NCBI GenBank assembly: GCA_031548835.1
Contig: JAVBQS010000110.1
Span: forward strand, 110 to 64,109
Direction of reading: 5' to 3'
Length of the DNA stretch: 64,000 nucleotides
DNA from: Spirochaetia bacterium
GTDB taxonomy: Bacteria > Spirochaetota > Spirochaetia > CADAEX01
Shown here: positions 48,816 to 58,988 of the stretch, piece after piece
Position numbering within the stretch: position 1 is the first letter of the stretch
Layout of the letters: each line of letters starts with the position of its first letter
Translations under genes and position numbers: made by a program
The notes under the pieces: model-generated
Told to the model about the DNA's origin: nothing
Seen by the model: the letters and a program-made list of their open reading frames with translations, nothing else
The model's database searches: none

Positions 48816-50165
48816 GTGATAAAAAAAAGGAATTTTTTGAAAGATAGGAATTTATATTATTATTTTTCAAAATTATTTAATATTACTTCTTTTCAAAAAT
48901 TAATAGTCAGCCTATCTATTTTTCTTTTTATCTCATGTGTGACAACAAATAAGCAGGATTCTGTCCAGGAAAAAAAAGCAGCGCAATCAGCAGAAACTGT
49001 ATCTGCAAATAGTTCAAAAGAGAACAATGTGTTAAAGGGAGAAAGTGCAGCGCAGCCAACTCCGAAAAATCATTTTACACAAAAAGAGATGGAACTCTTT
49101 TATAATAATGTATTGGGGAAAAAAATTATAATAAAAAATAAGAAATTCCTGCCTGTAACAGATAATAAAAAACCTGTTTTTATTAATTGTGATTGTGATA
49201 ATGACGGCTATACAGAATTCTATGTTTTATTCACAGAAAGTATTTCTGAAAATGATGTTTCAATAGATAATGTGAGCGATTTGCGTAATATTTACAGGGA
49301 AGATATTTATCTTAGAGAATTTCTTATATCAGTATATAAATATTATGAAACTAATGAAGAGAAAAAATTTATTAATGAGCAAAATATAATTTTGGAAGGA
49401 AAAGGGGCATTTTCTTCTTTAAAAGAGATAGAGATAGATAAAAATAGTAAATTTTATGGAATATCTGTAAATTTTATAACAAGTGTGGGCACGCATGAAG
49501 ATCTAGTTATTAATAGAAGGGGAAGATGTTCAATAACAAGTATAAAAAATACTATTTCAGATTCAACAAGAAAAGATGATATAGATTACAATGGAGTCCT
49601 TGACCTTATACGTTATGAAAGGGTTTTTGTAGACGGGTTTGGCGTTGAAACTTTTATAACCTGGTATAAGTTTAGTGGTGAAAAATTTTTGCCAGTTAAA
49701 ACAGTAAATACAGTAAAAGATCTCCGTTCTTTTATTAAAGATTCGCAGCTATATCTTGAAACAAAAAAGATCGACCTTTTTATTAAAAATACAATTTCTC
49801 CCCCTGTTTTAAAAAAGCTTAGTTTGGCAAAAATAAGTTCAGATAAAATATTGCAGAGAATTTTTTATCCAGTAAAAAGAGAATCTTCATTTTTAATTGA
49901 TATAAATACAATGCTTTCATCAAACGAAAATATTGATTTTATTTTCCCTGAAATATTTGAAAATCCTTTTAGGATGGATAGCGATGGAGTATATAGCTTT
50001 ACTACTTATGTAAGAGTCTTGCTTAAAGATGGTAATATGCCTCTGCCGCAGGAAAATAAAGATTCTGCTGGCGAAAATGCGGCAAATGAAGAGATTTACC
50101 TTGTAAAAATATATATGGCGCATAATCCTTTTGAAGACAGAAGGTTTTTCTTTTTTGTTAACTGA
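48816..50165 (+). CDS. Hypothetical lipoprotein
   Basis: Hydrophobic segment ending in 'LFISC' (relaxed, spirochaete-like lipobox). No recognised domains. Confidence 0.35.
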   Translation: MIKKRNFLKDRNLYYYFSKLFNITSFQKLIVSLSIFLFISCVTTNKQDSVQEKKAAQSAETVSANSSKENNVLKGESAAQPTPKNHFTQKEMELFYNNVLGKKIIIKNKKFLPVTDNKKPVFINCDCDNDGYTEFYVLFTESISENDVSIDNVSDLRNIYREDIYLREFLISVYKYYETNEEKKFINEQNIILEGKGAFSSLKEIEIDKNSKFYGISVNFITSVGTHEDLVINRRGRCSITSIKNTISDSTRKDDIDYNGVLDLIRYERVFVDGFGVETFITWYKFSGEKFLPVKTVNTVKDLRSFIKDSQLYLETKKIDLFIKNTISPPVLKKLSLAKISSDKILQRIFYPVKRESSFLIDINTMLSSNENIDFIFPEIFENPFRMDSDGVYSFTTYVRVLLKDGNMPLPQENKDSAGENAANEEIYLVKIYMAHNPFEDRRFFFFVN

Positions 50166-50247
50166 GATTATTCAGGGCCAGTGCTATTTTGCCATTAATT
50201 TTTAAAAAAAGTATTGAGAGCTAATTTAAAAATAGTATCTTACTGCA

Positions 50248-52995
50248 TCAGGATTTAGTTTTTACCAGTTGTAATGGATAGATCATTGTAAATGATAAAC
50301 CTTTGCCTGGATTATTTTTAATTCTTATTTTGCCATTATGCTTTGAAAGCAGCGCAGCTACAGCAGAAAGCCCAACCCCGCGGCCGCTTATTATCGATAC
50401 CTCTTCTTTGGAGCTGTATCCTGGTTTAAATATATTTTTTAGCAGAATTGCATTGTCTAACTGCTGTGCCTGGTCTTTTATAATTCCTTCTTTCTCCATC
50501 TTTTTTCTGATTTTATTTATATCCAAACCTTTTCCATCATCTGCTACAATAACAAAAAAATTTCCTGCTTCTATTTTTAAAGAGACAGATATAGTTCCTG
50601 TTTCATCTTTTCCCTGAAGCATCCGTTCCATCGGCGGTTCAATTCCATGATCAAGACTGTTATTTACCATGTGTACAAGAGATTCTTTAATATCTTTTAA
50701 TATAGTAATTTTTTCAGGCGAATTAATTTCATGAAAAAAGATAAGCTCTGCTTTTTTCCCTAAAGCTTCAGCATTTTTGTGTATTGTTTTTTCAAGCAGC
50801 TTTTCTATTCTTTCTATTGGCCCGTCTTTTTTTACACTTTTTTCTTTATAGTTTTTATTTACATAATCTAGTAATTTTTCCCTAAGATCTTTTATCCTTT
50901 TAAATTCTGCAATTATTGTATCCAGTTTTTGTATAAAGATTTTTCCAGTTTCATTAGCATTACCTTTTTCTGCAGGCATGTAATAAGCAATAACAATATT
51001 TTCATTATGCTGTTTAAGAGAAGACTCTGCTTCGTGAATTATCCATGAAAGAGTTGTTAATTCCAGCAAGCCGCTAAGTCCTTTTAAAGAATGCAGTTTA
51101 TTAAATATTTTATTATATTCTTCGCTATCTTTTAGAAAATCTTTATTATTGGCAGAGTTATAAATTTCATAGATAGAGCTTTCTGCATCTTCAATAAATT
51201 CATCCATATCTGCCGAATTTGTTTCCAGAAGGCGTGCAATAATTTCAATTTCTCCCTGGTCTCTGGTATTTTTTTCATCTATTTGTGCCTGCAGCTGAAT
51301 TGTTTCTGTCTGGTCAGAAACAAAAACAATAATATTGGTAGAACCTTCAGGAGTTTTGATCTGTTTAAATCTTGCAGAAATATATTTTTCTTCATATCCT
51401 GTGCCAGAGCTTTTACTTGGCACAACAATTTTTGCTAATCTCAATGGATTAATATCTTCAAACATTGAGATATCGCTGTTAATATTTTTTAATAATAATT
51501 TAAGAAATTTTTCAAGATCTTTGCTGTCCTGGCTTTCAGTATCAGGATAGAATAAAGAAGCAAGAGAGCGCCCTTTGATTATTGAAGTTCCAAATATTTT
51601 TTTAACTGCTTCAGAATAAAGATCTCCCATATTAAGATCTTCATTTACAATAAGCATTCCTTCATCCATATTATCAAGATATTTACGGTTTTCATGGTTA
51701 ATCCATGTCATAAAATCTTTTTCAGTTTTAAGATAGTGATGACAGTTTTCAGGAAGGTTAAGCCTGTTATAGATAGCTTCTGCCATTCCCTGGCAGGTAA
51801 AATATCCGCAAGCAGAGCAATTAAGCATATCTGTCTGTGAAAATTTATTCATTTGCTCATATATGGATTTAAGCTCTTTTTCACCCGGTATTTTATACGT
51901 TACCAGACTGCTTGAATTTTTATAACTGCGTTTGTAAAGCTCCGGCTTCCAGTATTTGTCTATTGAATCATTTAGATTATTGCCTTTGGAAAAATTTTTA
52001 TATTTTTCTATTTTCTCTTCTTTTCTTTTTTCAACCCTGGCTTCAAGCCTGTCTATAGGCTGGTTGTAGTTTCCTGTGCCGGGGCCGCCGTTACATCCTG
52101 CAGCACAGTTAAGGCAGTCTATAATAAATGGAACAGTGTTTTCTTTTACCATCTGCGGAATTTCGTTTAGATACTTAAAAACAATTTCAGGGCCTTCGAT
52201 ACGGCGTATTTTATTATTGATCTCAGGAGCATCCCGCGTAACTGTTTCTTTTAATCCTCCAGGACTTGAAAAAATAACTGCGCGTTCTGCCCCTGGGCCG
52301 TCATGGGGTAAATCTTCAAATAGGCCGAAATCTATTTTTTGCTCCTCTATAGCCTCTTTGAGGCGGATCATTGTAACATTGTAATAGATTAACCCTGTCT
52401 CTTCAAATTCGCGTGTTTTTGCTGTGCAGGGAGAAATAGCAGCTATTCGGGCATCTTTATATTCAGGAAAAAACTGCTTTATCATAATTGCAGTGTGAAG
52501 CATAGGGCTATGTGCAGGAGGCAGATATTCGAGAAGTTCAGGTTTATATATTTCGCAGTAACGCACAAGAGCAGCGCAGGGCTGAGCAATTATTGTTTTT
52601 GGTTTTTTTGCTTTTGCATATTCCAGATATGATTTTACTGTTAATTCAGCTCCGAAAGAGACATCAAATACAGCCTTTACTCCAATTGATTTTAAATAGC
52701 TGTTCAGTTTTAATAAATTTTCATTAAAAACAGCAGCAGCAGAAGGAGCTACTATAGCAACAATTGGAATATTTGCAGCAAGATCAGAAAAAAACTGATC
52801 TGTATCATCTGCTATTGAACGGGCATCCTGCCTGCAGGCAGGAATACAGCGGCCGCATCCTATACACCTTTCAGCAATAATAGAAACTTTATCTTTTGAA
52901 CCATCAATACAGGTTTTTACAGGGCATACAGAAATACAGGAATGGCAGTTATTGCATTTTTCATCATCTACCTGAATAAGTTTTTTCAATTCCAA
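50248..52995 (-). CDS. Sensory [FeFe]-hydrogenase (HydS-like) fused to PAS-like region and CheA-type HPt plus HATPase_c kinase core
   Basis: N-terminus has 2x[4Fe-4S] motifs (CNNCHSCISVCP; CIGCGRCIPAC). H-cluster domain: 'VAIVAPSAAAVF', 'FDVSFGAELTV', L1 'AQPCAAL' (TSCCP with the proton-relay Cys replaced by Pro), L2 'ISPCTAKTREFE', L3 'DCLNCAAGCNGG'. Extra exact 'Cx2Cx4Cx16C' motif (CSACGYFTC-16 aa-C). HPt 'HSLKGLSGLLEL'. CheA-P4-like 'VNNSLDHGIE...IVADDGKGLD...ISGRGVGLSAV...GKGLSF'. No CheW-like domain. TTG start with an AAGGTGGTG SD. Confidence 0.75.
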   Translation of the reverse strand: MELKKLIQVDDEKCNNCHSCISVCPVKTCIDGSKDKVSIIAERCIGCGRCIPACRQDARSIADDTDQFFSDLAANIPIVAIVAPSAAAVFNENLLKLNSYLKSIGVKAVFDVSFGAELTVKSYLEYAKAKKPKTIIAQPCAALVRYCEIYKPELLEYLPPAHSPMLHTAIMIKQFFPEYKDARIAAISPCTAKTREFEETGLIYYNVTMIRLKEAIEEQKIDFGLFEDLPHDGPGAERAVIFSSPGGLKETVTRDAPEINNKIRRIEGPEIVFKYLNEIPQMVKENTVPFIIDCLNCAAGCNGGPGTGNYNQPIDRLEARVEKRKEEKIEKYKNFSKGNNLNDSIDKYWKPELYKRSYKNSSSLVTYKIPGEKELKSIYEQMNKFSQTDMLNCSACGYFTCQGMAEAIYNRLNLPENCHHYLKTEKDFMTWINHENRKYLDNMDEGMLIVNEDLNMGDLYSEAVKKIFGTSIIKGRSLASLFYPDTESQDSKDLEKFLKLLLKNINSDISMFEDINPLRLAKIVVPSKSSGTGYEEKYISARFKQIKTPEGSTNIIVFVSDQTETIQLQAQIDEKNTRDQGEIEIIARLLETNSADMDEFIEDAESSIYEIYNSANNKDFLKDSEEYNKIFNKLHSLKGLSGLLELTTLSWIIHEAESSLKQHNENIVIAYYMPAEKGNANETGKIFIQKLDTIIAEFKRIKDLREKLLDYVNKNYKEKSVKKDGPIERIEKLLEKTIHKNAEALGKKAELIFFHEINSPEKITILKDIKESLVHMVNNSLDHGIEPPMERMLQGKDETGTISVSLKIEAGNFFVIVADDGKGLDINKIRKKMEKEGIIKDQAQQLDNAILLKNIFKPGYSSKEEVSIISGRGVGLSAVAALLSKHNGKIRIKNNPGKGLSFTMIYPLQLVKTKS

Positions 52996-53028
52996 GTTAC
53001 ACCACCTTTAGCAAGAGAAATAGGAAGT

Positions 53029-53481
53029 CTATTCTTTTATAGAAACATAGATATTGATACGGCCATACTTGGTTGTAAATGGAATAGCAATAACAGGCAC
53101 GCTGTTGCCCCATGCAAATTTATAGGAATCGCCAAATACAACTCCAGGCAGAGATATCTCTATCCGCTGTTCAAGATATTGCTTTGCTGTTCCTGCAATT
53201 ATATTAACCATTTCGCCTACAACGCCTGCAACTTCTTTGGTAACAGCGCGGTATGTCATTCCGCCGAAAATAGATGCCAAAGCTATTGCTGTATCACGTG
53301 AAAAATTCAAAACAACCTGTCCTCTTATTTCACCGGCAAGTCCTATAATTGCAGATATTCCCTGAATTTCCTCAGGTTTTTTTTCTATATAAGCCCTGTG
53401 GGGCTCAACTTCTATTTCAAGATATTCTTTAAAAAAAGTCATTGATGATTTTATAAATGGATTAATATAGTCAACTTTCAT
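53029..53481 (-). CDS. cheX: CheX-like CheY-P phosphatase (CheC/CheX/FliY family)
   Basis: 150 aa. 'DYINPFI' N-terminus; CheX-like length and pattern. Located between cheY and the kinase. Confidence 0.7.
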   Translation of the reverse strand: MKVDYINPFIKSSMTFFKEYLEIEVEPHRAYIEKKPEEIQGISAIIGLAGEIRGQVVLNFSRDTAIALASIFGGMTYRAVTKEVAGVVGEMVNIIAGTAKQYLEQRIEISLPGVVFGDSYKFAWGNSVPVIAIPFTTKYGRINIYVSIKE

Positions 53482-53533
53482 GTTTATTCTCCATGCAGAA
53501 ACAATATCTGATACTAAAACTCTTTTAAATAGC

Positions 53534-53902
53534 TTATTCCAGATAAGGTTTAATTTTTGTCCATAAAATATTGGCTTTTATTGGTTTAAGGACATAATTT
53601 GTAACGCCGGCTTCAATAGCTTCCATAACATTGTATTTGCCGCCTTCTGCCGTTACCATAACTATTGGCGTTGTTTTGTATTGGGTCATGCTTCTGATTT
53701 TTTGAACCAATTCAAGGCCATTCAAATTCGGCATATTCCAATCTATCAGAAATAGGCTTATTTTATTGCCTGCAATTTTTTCCAATGCTTCATTTCCATT
53801 ACCGGCCTGAATAATATCTTCCGGTTTAATTCCATGCTCGACAAGAATATTGATATGAATTCTTCTCATAACATCAGCATCATCGCAAACTAAAATTTTC
53901 AT
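53534..53902 (-). CDS. cheY: CheY-like single-domain response regulator
   Basis: 'MKILVCDDADVMRR...LFLIDWNMPNLNGLELV...YVLKP'. 122-aa receiver only, with the phospho-Asp context 'LIDWNMP'. Confidence 0.85.
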   Translation of the reverse strand: MKILVCDDADVMRRIHINILVEHGIKPEDIIQAGNGNEALEKIAGNKISLFLIDWNMPNLNGLELVQKIRSMTQYKTTPIVMVTAEGGKYNVMEAIEAGVTNYVLKPIKANILWTKIKPYLE

Positions 53903-54196
53903 TTTATATACCTGTTCTCATATAGCAATAGTATGATTAAGGGAAAACCCTAGTCTCACCTAAATTTAAACATAATATTTAAATTATTAAAAAGTGACAA
54001 TAATAAAGAGAAAGATTTTTTAAAAAATTAACTTTTGATAATTTTTAGAAAAAATTTTGTTATTTGATATAAAATTGATTTCCTGAATTTTGAGAATAAT
54101 TAATTGAGGCTGTTTTTTGTTTTACCTCTGTTGCTTTTGCTAACAGATGATTTTGACAACATTGACAACCAATTCTTTAAAATGTAAATTCCAAAC

Positions 54197-55480
54197 ATGT
54201 GCAGATACTTTGTTGATGGTTCTTTCCCAATAAGCGGTAAAATAAAGGCAAGCGGTAATAAAAATGCAGCTCTTCCATGTATTGCTGCGGCTCTTCTTTC
54301 TGATGGAGAAGTAATTCTTGAAAATATTCCTGAAATTGAAGATGTCTCTGTAATGCTCTCTATTGCTTCCAAACTTGGAGCAACTGTTAAAAAAATCAAA
54401 TCAAATGAATATTCAATAAAAAGCGATAATATAAAATCAGAACTTCCTAATGAAGAAGCAAAAACAATAAGAGCTTCCATTCTTTTTGCAGGCCCTTTGC
54501 TTGCAAGAACAGGAAAGGCTATTTTGCCTCCTCCTGGAGGAGATGTAATCGGCAGGCGCAGGCTTGATACACACTTTATTGCTTTTAGCGATCTTGGTGT
54601 AAGAATAGAAGTTGATGGTTTTTTTAAACTTACAGCCAATAAACTGGTTGGCGCAGATCTTTTTCTTGATGAAGCTTCTGTTACTGCCACTGAAAATGCA
54701 ATAATGGCGTCTGTTCTTGCAGAAGGAAAAACTGTTATACAAAATGCAGCATCAGAGCCCCATGTCCAGGATTTATGCAAAATGCTTGTCTCTATGGGGG
54801 CAAAAATATCAGGAATAGGGTCTAACATACTTTCCATTGAAGGAGTAAAAAAGCTTGCCGGCACAAAATATAAGATTGGAACAGATTTTATAGAAGTGGG
54901 ATCTTTTATAGGCCTTGCTGCTGTCACGCGCGGCGAACTTGAAATTGAAGGAGCATCTCCTTCTGATCTTAGAATGACTAAAATTGCTTTTGCAAAGCTT
55001 GGAATACATTGGGAAACAAATGGATCATCAATTAAAATAAATCCGGGACAGGGGCTTAAAGTTGTTCCTGACTTTGGCGGCCAGATACCTCAAATTGATG
55101 ATGCTCCATGGCCGGGATTTCCGCCAGATCTTACAAGTATTATTACTGTAGTGGCTACCCAGGTTGAAGGAACAGTCCTTATACATGAAAAAATGTTTGA
55201 ATCAAGGATGTTTTTTGTAGACAAACTTATAGGAATGGGAGCAAAAATTATTTTATGCGATCCCCACAGAGCTGTTGTAAGCGGTCCTTCGAGGCTTAAA
55301 GGAAGCCATCTTGTTTCGCCTGATATAAGAGCTGGAATGGCAATGGTTATTGCAGCTCTTTGCGCAGAAGGAAAGAGTGAAATAAGAAATGTGTACCAGA
55401 TTGAACGGGGATATGAAAATCTTGTTGCGCGTCTTAAAAAACTGGGCGCAAAAATAGAAAAAAAAGATTCTGATTGTTAA
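54197..55480 (+). CDS. murA: UDP-N-acetylglucosamine 1-carboxyvinyltransferase
   Basis: '[25 protein letters not shown]' parallels the E. coli MurA N-terminus. Active-site loop '[15 protein letters not shown]' (Cys115 replaced by Asp, as in some lineages). Confidence 0.9.
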   Translation: MCRYFVDGSFPISGKIKASGNKNAALPCIAAALLSDGEVILENIPEIEDVSVMLSIASKLGATVKKIKSNEYSIKSDNIKSELPNEEAKTIRASILFAGPLLARTGKAILPPPGGDVIGRRRLDTHFIAFSDLGVRIEVDGFFKLTANKLVGADLFLDEASVTATENAIMASVLAEGKTVIQNAASEPHVQDLCKMLVSMGAKISGIGSNILSIEGVKKLAGTKYKIGTDFIEVGSFIGLAAVTRGELEIEGASPSDLRMTKIAFAKLGIHWETNGSSIKINPGQGLKVVPDFGGQIPQIDDAPWPGFPPDLTSIITVVATQVEGTVLIHEKMFESRMFFVDKLIGMGAKIILCDPHRAVVSGPSRLKGSHLVSPDIRAGMAMVIAALCAEGKSEIRNVYQIERGYENLVARLKKLGAKIEKKDSDC

Positions 55481-55506
55481 AATAGACATACTATTTTTTA
55501 TAAATT

Positions 55507-57207
55507 CTATTGCTTAAAATTATTAATAGAAGAAGCTTTAGCTATTGTATAAAAAATAGTTGCAATAAGTTCTACAGATATTATTACTGTGCAGCACACA
55601 GCTGCACCTGTAATACCTGTCTCTTTTATAAAAATTGACAATATTCCGCTTTTAATATAAATAATGCTTCTTTCAAGAAAATAGATTGCAACAACCGCAA
55701 TCGGCAGAATTAAAAGAGATAGGTATGTTTTTACTATTCTTCTTTTAAGAAAAGAGATTCCTGCTGATATAACTAATAAAAGCATAAAAATATAATTAAA
55801 AAACCGTATAAATCTTATAAAAAGAGTTTCTTCAGGAGCATATTTTCCTGCTCCTGATTCTGTAAGAAGCATTAGATTACTCAATAAAAATGATGTTTTT
55901 ATTTTTAAAAATCTGCTTTTTTCCATTCCCATATAAAGAAATGCTTCATGCGGAATTTCAAGATCAACAGATGATATTCTATCGTTTCTATTTCCCACAA
56001 TAATTTCAGGATAAAGAAGCAGCCTTGTATCTTTTCCCATACATTGCATATTAAGTGTATTTCCAATAGCTTTCCCATATAGTGCTTTAATATGCCTATC
56101 TATATTGCCTGATGCTGATAGATTAATTATATCAATATCAAAAAAATAGATGCTGTCACTTGTAAAAACTATTTTTTTGACAAATATAAGCTCTTTTCCT
56201 GGATCTCTGCCATTTATAAAAGCAATTTCTGTTTTTCCCGGAGCAAAATAGAGAGCTCTTGCATCTTCATAAAAAAAAGAGCTTTCTTCCAGAAATGAAA
56301 AAAGGCGTTTTCCTATATTATTTACTAACTCCTGGTCTTCCGGAAATTCTTCTGAAAGCTGGTGATAAAGATAATATGCTCCATAAAAATCACCTGACTC
56401 AATTCTCTTTGATATATTAATTTTGCCATCATATAGTTTTTCTTCTTTGCTGGTATTTGGAGCAAAACCTGAAAGTTTTGACATTGCATTTTTCACAACT
56501 ATTGCTGCTTTGGTTCTGCTGCTTTTAAATCCGCCTGCCATTTGGCCATAATATGCAGCAGAAGAAAAATCTCCCAGCTTATAATATTCTTCTGCAATAT
56601 CAAGAAGTTTTTGGCCTGTCAAAATATCTCCTGAAACAGCTTTTACTTTTTCTCCGCTAATTTCATCGCTATAAACATTATCAGGCCATGCAATTTTTAT
56701 ATCATTTTTAATATCAATAGCTTTTTTATTATTTTGATCAATATATAAATATAAATCCACAAAAGCCAATGCATCTTCCAGGTTGCCCTCTTTCGTATTT
56801 TTTTCTGCTTCTATTAAATAAAATTCGCCTGCTTTAGAAAGTTCTTCAAGCCACTCTTTTTTTTCAATCAAACCAGGTTCTGCAAAAAAAACAAGAAAAA
56901 AATAGATTAGAGCTGTAGGAACAGATATTGGAATAGTAGAGAAAAGTAAAATTATTCCACTTTCGCTGCTGTTTTCCAGGCTTTTGTTTTTATCAGTAAG
57001 CATAATAAGCAAAAACAGGGCGCCTGCAGAAATTGGAAGAAAAAGCCGTGAATAGATTGTAAATATACATATTAAAAGATAAGGCGGGACAAGAACTTGT
57101 ATTGCAAGCCTTTGAATTATAAAAAAAGAATAAAGCGCTATAAAAATAAGGAAAACAAAATGAGTAAGGAAAAGATATTTGATATTTCTGCTTGCTGTCA
57201 GCTTCAT
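55507..57207 (-). CDS. Hypothetical polytopic membrane protein
   Basis: TM helices at both ends flank a central soluble region. No motif recognised. Confidence 0.4.
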   Translation of the reverse strand: MKLTASRNIKYLFLTHFVFLIFIALYSFFIIQRLAIQVLVPPYLLICIFTIYSRLFLPISAGALFLLIMLTDKNKSLENSSESGIILLFSTIPISVPTALIYFFLVFFAEPGLIEKKEWLEELSKAGEFYLIEAEKNTKEGNLEDALAFVDLYLYIDQNNKKAIDIKNDIKIAWPDNVYSDEISGEKVKAVSGDILTGQKLLDIAEEYYKLGDFSSAAYYGQMAGGFKSSRTKAAIVVKNAMSKLSGFAPNTSKEEKLYDGKINISKRIESGDFYGAYYLYHQLSEEFPEDQELVNNIGKRLFSFLEESSFFYEDARALYFAPGKTEIAFINGRDPGKELIFVKKIVFTSDSIYFFDIDIINLSASGNIDRHIKALYGKAIGNTLNMQCMGKDTRLLLYPEIIVGNRNDRISSVDLEIPHEAFLYMGMEKSRFLKIKTSFLLSNLMLLTESGAGKYAPEETLFIRFIRFFNYIFMLLLVISAGISFLKRRIVKTYLSLLILPIAVVAIYFLERSIIYIKSGILSIFIKETGITGAAVCCTVIISVELIATIFYTIAKASSINNFKQ

Positions 57208-57881
57208 TTGTTAACCTTAAGAGATAATATTTTTATTAATAAAATACACAAAGAAAAAACAATATATGTAAAATAGTATATGCCATTATTAAAAGGAATT
57301 AAATTTCCAGCGTCCTGTAAAAATTGGGGCAATTGAATTCTTTGAATATAAAAATTAAAACCAATAAAGCAAATAACAAAAAATTGGGAAAAAAGATAGT
57401 TAATAAGCGGCCATTTTCCTGTAGAAAAAAAGAAAGAAATAGCTGATATAGTAATTATTATTGAAACAGTTTTTATAGCTGTTACTTTTACAGCCTGTTT
57501 TTCTGTTTTTCCCAAACTTTCAGCTATAAAAGAGGAAATTTTTATAAAAAAATTAAAAAATTTACGATATGGATTTGGCTGCGCAACAATATATTTATTA
57601 TCAATACCCTGAAGCTTTAACACCATATCTTCAGAAACAGAATAATTTCCTGTATAGGTTTCTGCACTATTTCTGGAAACACTATTTTTATTAATTATAA
57701 TGCCTGCTAATTTACTGTTTTCACTTTTATCAACAAAAATAATATTGCTATTTGAAGGATAAAACCGGTCCTGCTCTACCTCAAAAGGGACAGCTGTATG
57801 GTTGTATGGGAAAAATATTTCTGTTAAAGAAAGCAGCAATGAAAGTAGTAGAAATATTGCTGAAAACTTTAAAAAACCATA
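57204..57881 (-). CDS. Hypothetical membrane/secreted protein
   Basis: Overlaps the downstream gene by 4 nt. A signal-peptide-like M at 57881. The ORF remains open upstream to 58085 and encodes TM-like sequence, so the true start is uncertain. Confidence 0.3.
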   Translation of the reverse strand, partial: YGFLKFSAIFLLLSLLLSLTEIFFPYNHTAVPFEVEQDRFYPSNSNIIFVDKSENSKLAGIIINKNSVSRNSAETYTGNYSVSEDMVLKLQGIDNKYIVAQPNPYRKFFNFFIKISSFIAESLGKTEKQAVKVTAIKTVSIIITISAISFFFSTGKWPLINYLFSQFFVICFIGFNFYIQRIQLPQFLQDAGNLIPFNNGIYYFTYIVFSLCILLIKILSLKVNK

Positions 57882-58195
57882 ATTTCTTTTTTTATTCCAA
57901 AACGCAGGAATATAGATAATAATTGAAATTAATATAATAAGAGAAAGATTTTTTTTAAAAAAAACAAGTAAATCAATTCCTTTTTCACTATTAATGGGAA
58001 TAAAATTTTGGGAAAAAGTTATAAAAGCGCCTACAATAATGAAAAAAAGAAAAGATAAAAAACTTTTTATAAAAGGTTTGATATTTTACTCCCATGATTA
58101 CCAGATAGGCATTCTCTTTTATCTGTAAAAATTTTTAAAAAGAGCCTGCTTTCTTGTATAAATTCTAATTTATTTTCAAAATTCTTTTAAATTTT

Positions 58196-58213
58196 CGAAA
58201 TCCGGCCTATTAA
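58196..58213. repeat. 18-bp exact intergenic repeat CGAAATCCGGCCTATTAA (copy 1; copy 2 at 63917..63934)
   Basis: Identical 18-mers lie upstream of two minus-strand transcription units (the 57204..57881 gene and ygiQ). Both are GC-containing in AT-rich spacers. Confidence 0.6.
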
Positions 58214-58401
58214 GATATTTGAAAAATCATTTAAATTGAATTTTACCATGCTGTTTTCTGACTTGCAATAACATTATTTATGACAAATCAAACCAATACA
58301 GCAGCAATCATTTTTGCTGCTATATTTTGCAAAGTACTTTTTAGAAATATAATTATTTAATAATATAAACTTATATTATATGAAAAAAGGAGTGTTATTC
58401 C

Positions 58402-58623
58402 ATGCCGCATGTTGATATAGCTATGTTTCCCGGCCGTAATAATGAAATAAAGACAGATTTAGCCAAAAAAATACAGAAATTTTTAGCAAAAGAATTGGCA
58501 ATTGATGAAAATGTTGTATCTGTTTCTATCGAAGATGTTTCCAAAGAAAACTGGAATACTCATATAAAAAAATATTCCGATAAGACAATATTTATTAGCC
58601 CTAAGCCAATTTCAAATATTTAA
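58402..58623 (+). CDS. 4-oxalocrotonate tautomerase family protein
   Basis: 'MPHVDIAMFPGR..' (catalytic Pro1 after Met). 73-aa beta-alpha-beta size. AAGGAG SD. Confidence 0.75.
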   Translation: MPHVDIAMFPGRNNEIKTDLAKKIQKFLAKELAIDENVVSVSIEDVSKENWNTHIKKYSDKTIFISPKPISNI

Positions 58624-58988
58624 TCTACAATGCTGAATTAAATACTATTTTCTTGCTTCATACAATAAAGACGCTGTTGGGTATTTGTTTTTTAATATAT
58701 ATACATATTATGCTTTTTGCACAAGTTATCCACAATTAATTAAGATAATATCAGCACAATATGCTTTAAAAAAACAATGCTATAATTTCTCAGATAGATA
58801 ATATTTCTTAAAAATAAGACAATTTAATCAAATAATTATTTATAATATAAAGATTTATAGAAATAGTACAAGGGCTAATATAAATTGGAATTTATAGATT
58901 TGAATATTTATAACCTGCTATATTACCAGCTAAGAGTTATCAACAGGTTATTAACAATAAATTTCTTAAATAAGAGTGCTAGGAGTCT

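Noticed and set aside
54154-54183. Tandem TTGACA hexamers (54154 and 54163) plus TAAAAT upstream of murA as a defined sigma70 promoter
   Set aside because: The spacing puts the -10 only about 14 nt before the ATG, leaving no room for an SD. It is a plausible promoter-like signal, but the transcript start cannot be fixed from sequence alone.
54100-54927. 275-aa ORF antisense to murA, and similar long antisense ORFs (9413..10009, 35382..36029, 47251..47790, 18164..18634, 18749..19207, 22534..22936, 38355..38885)
   Set aside because: Each lies opposite a CDS with strong family-level motifs. AT-rich genomes produce long stop-free antisense frames. The translations are low-complexity with no recognisable motifs.
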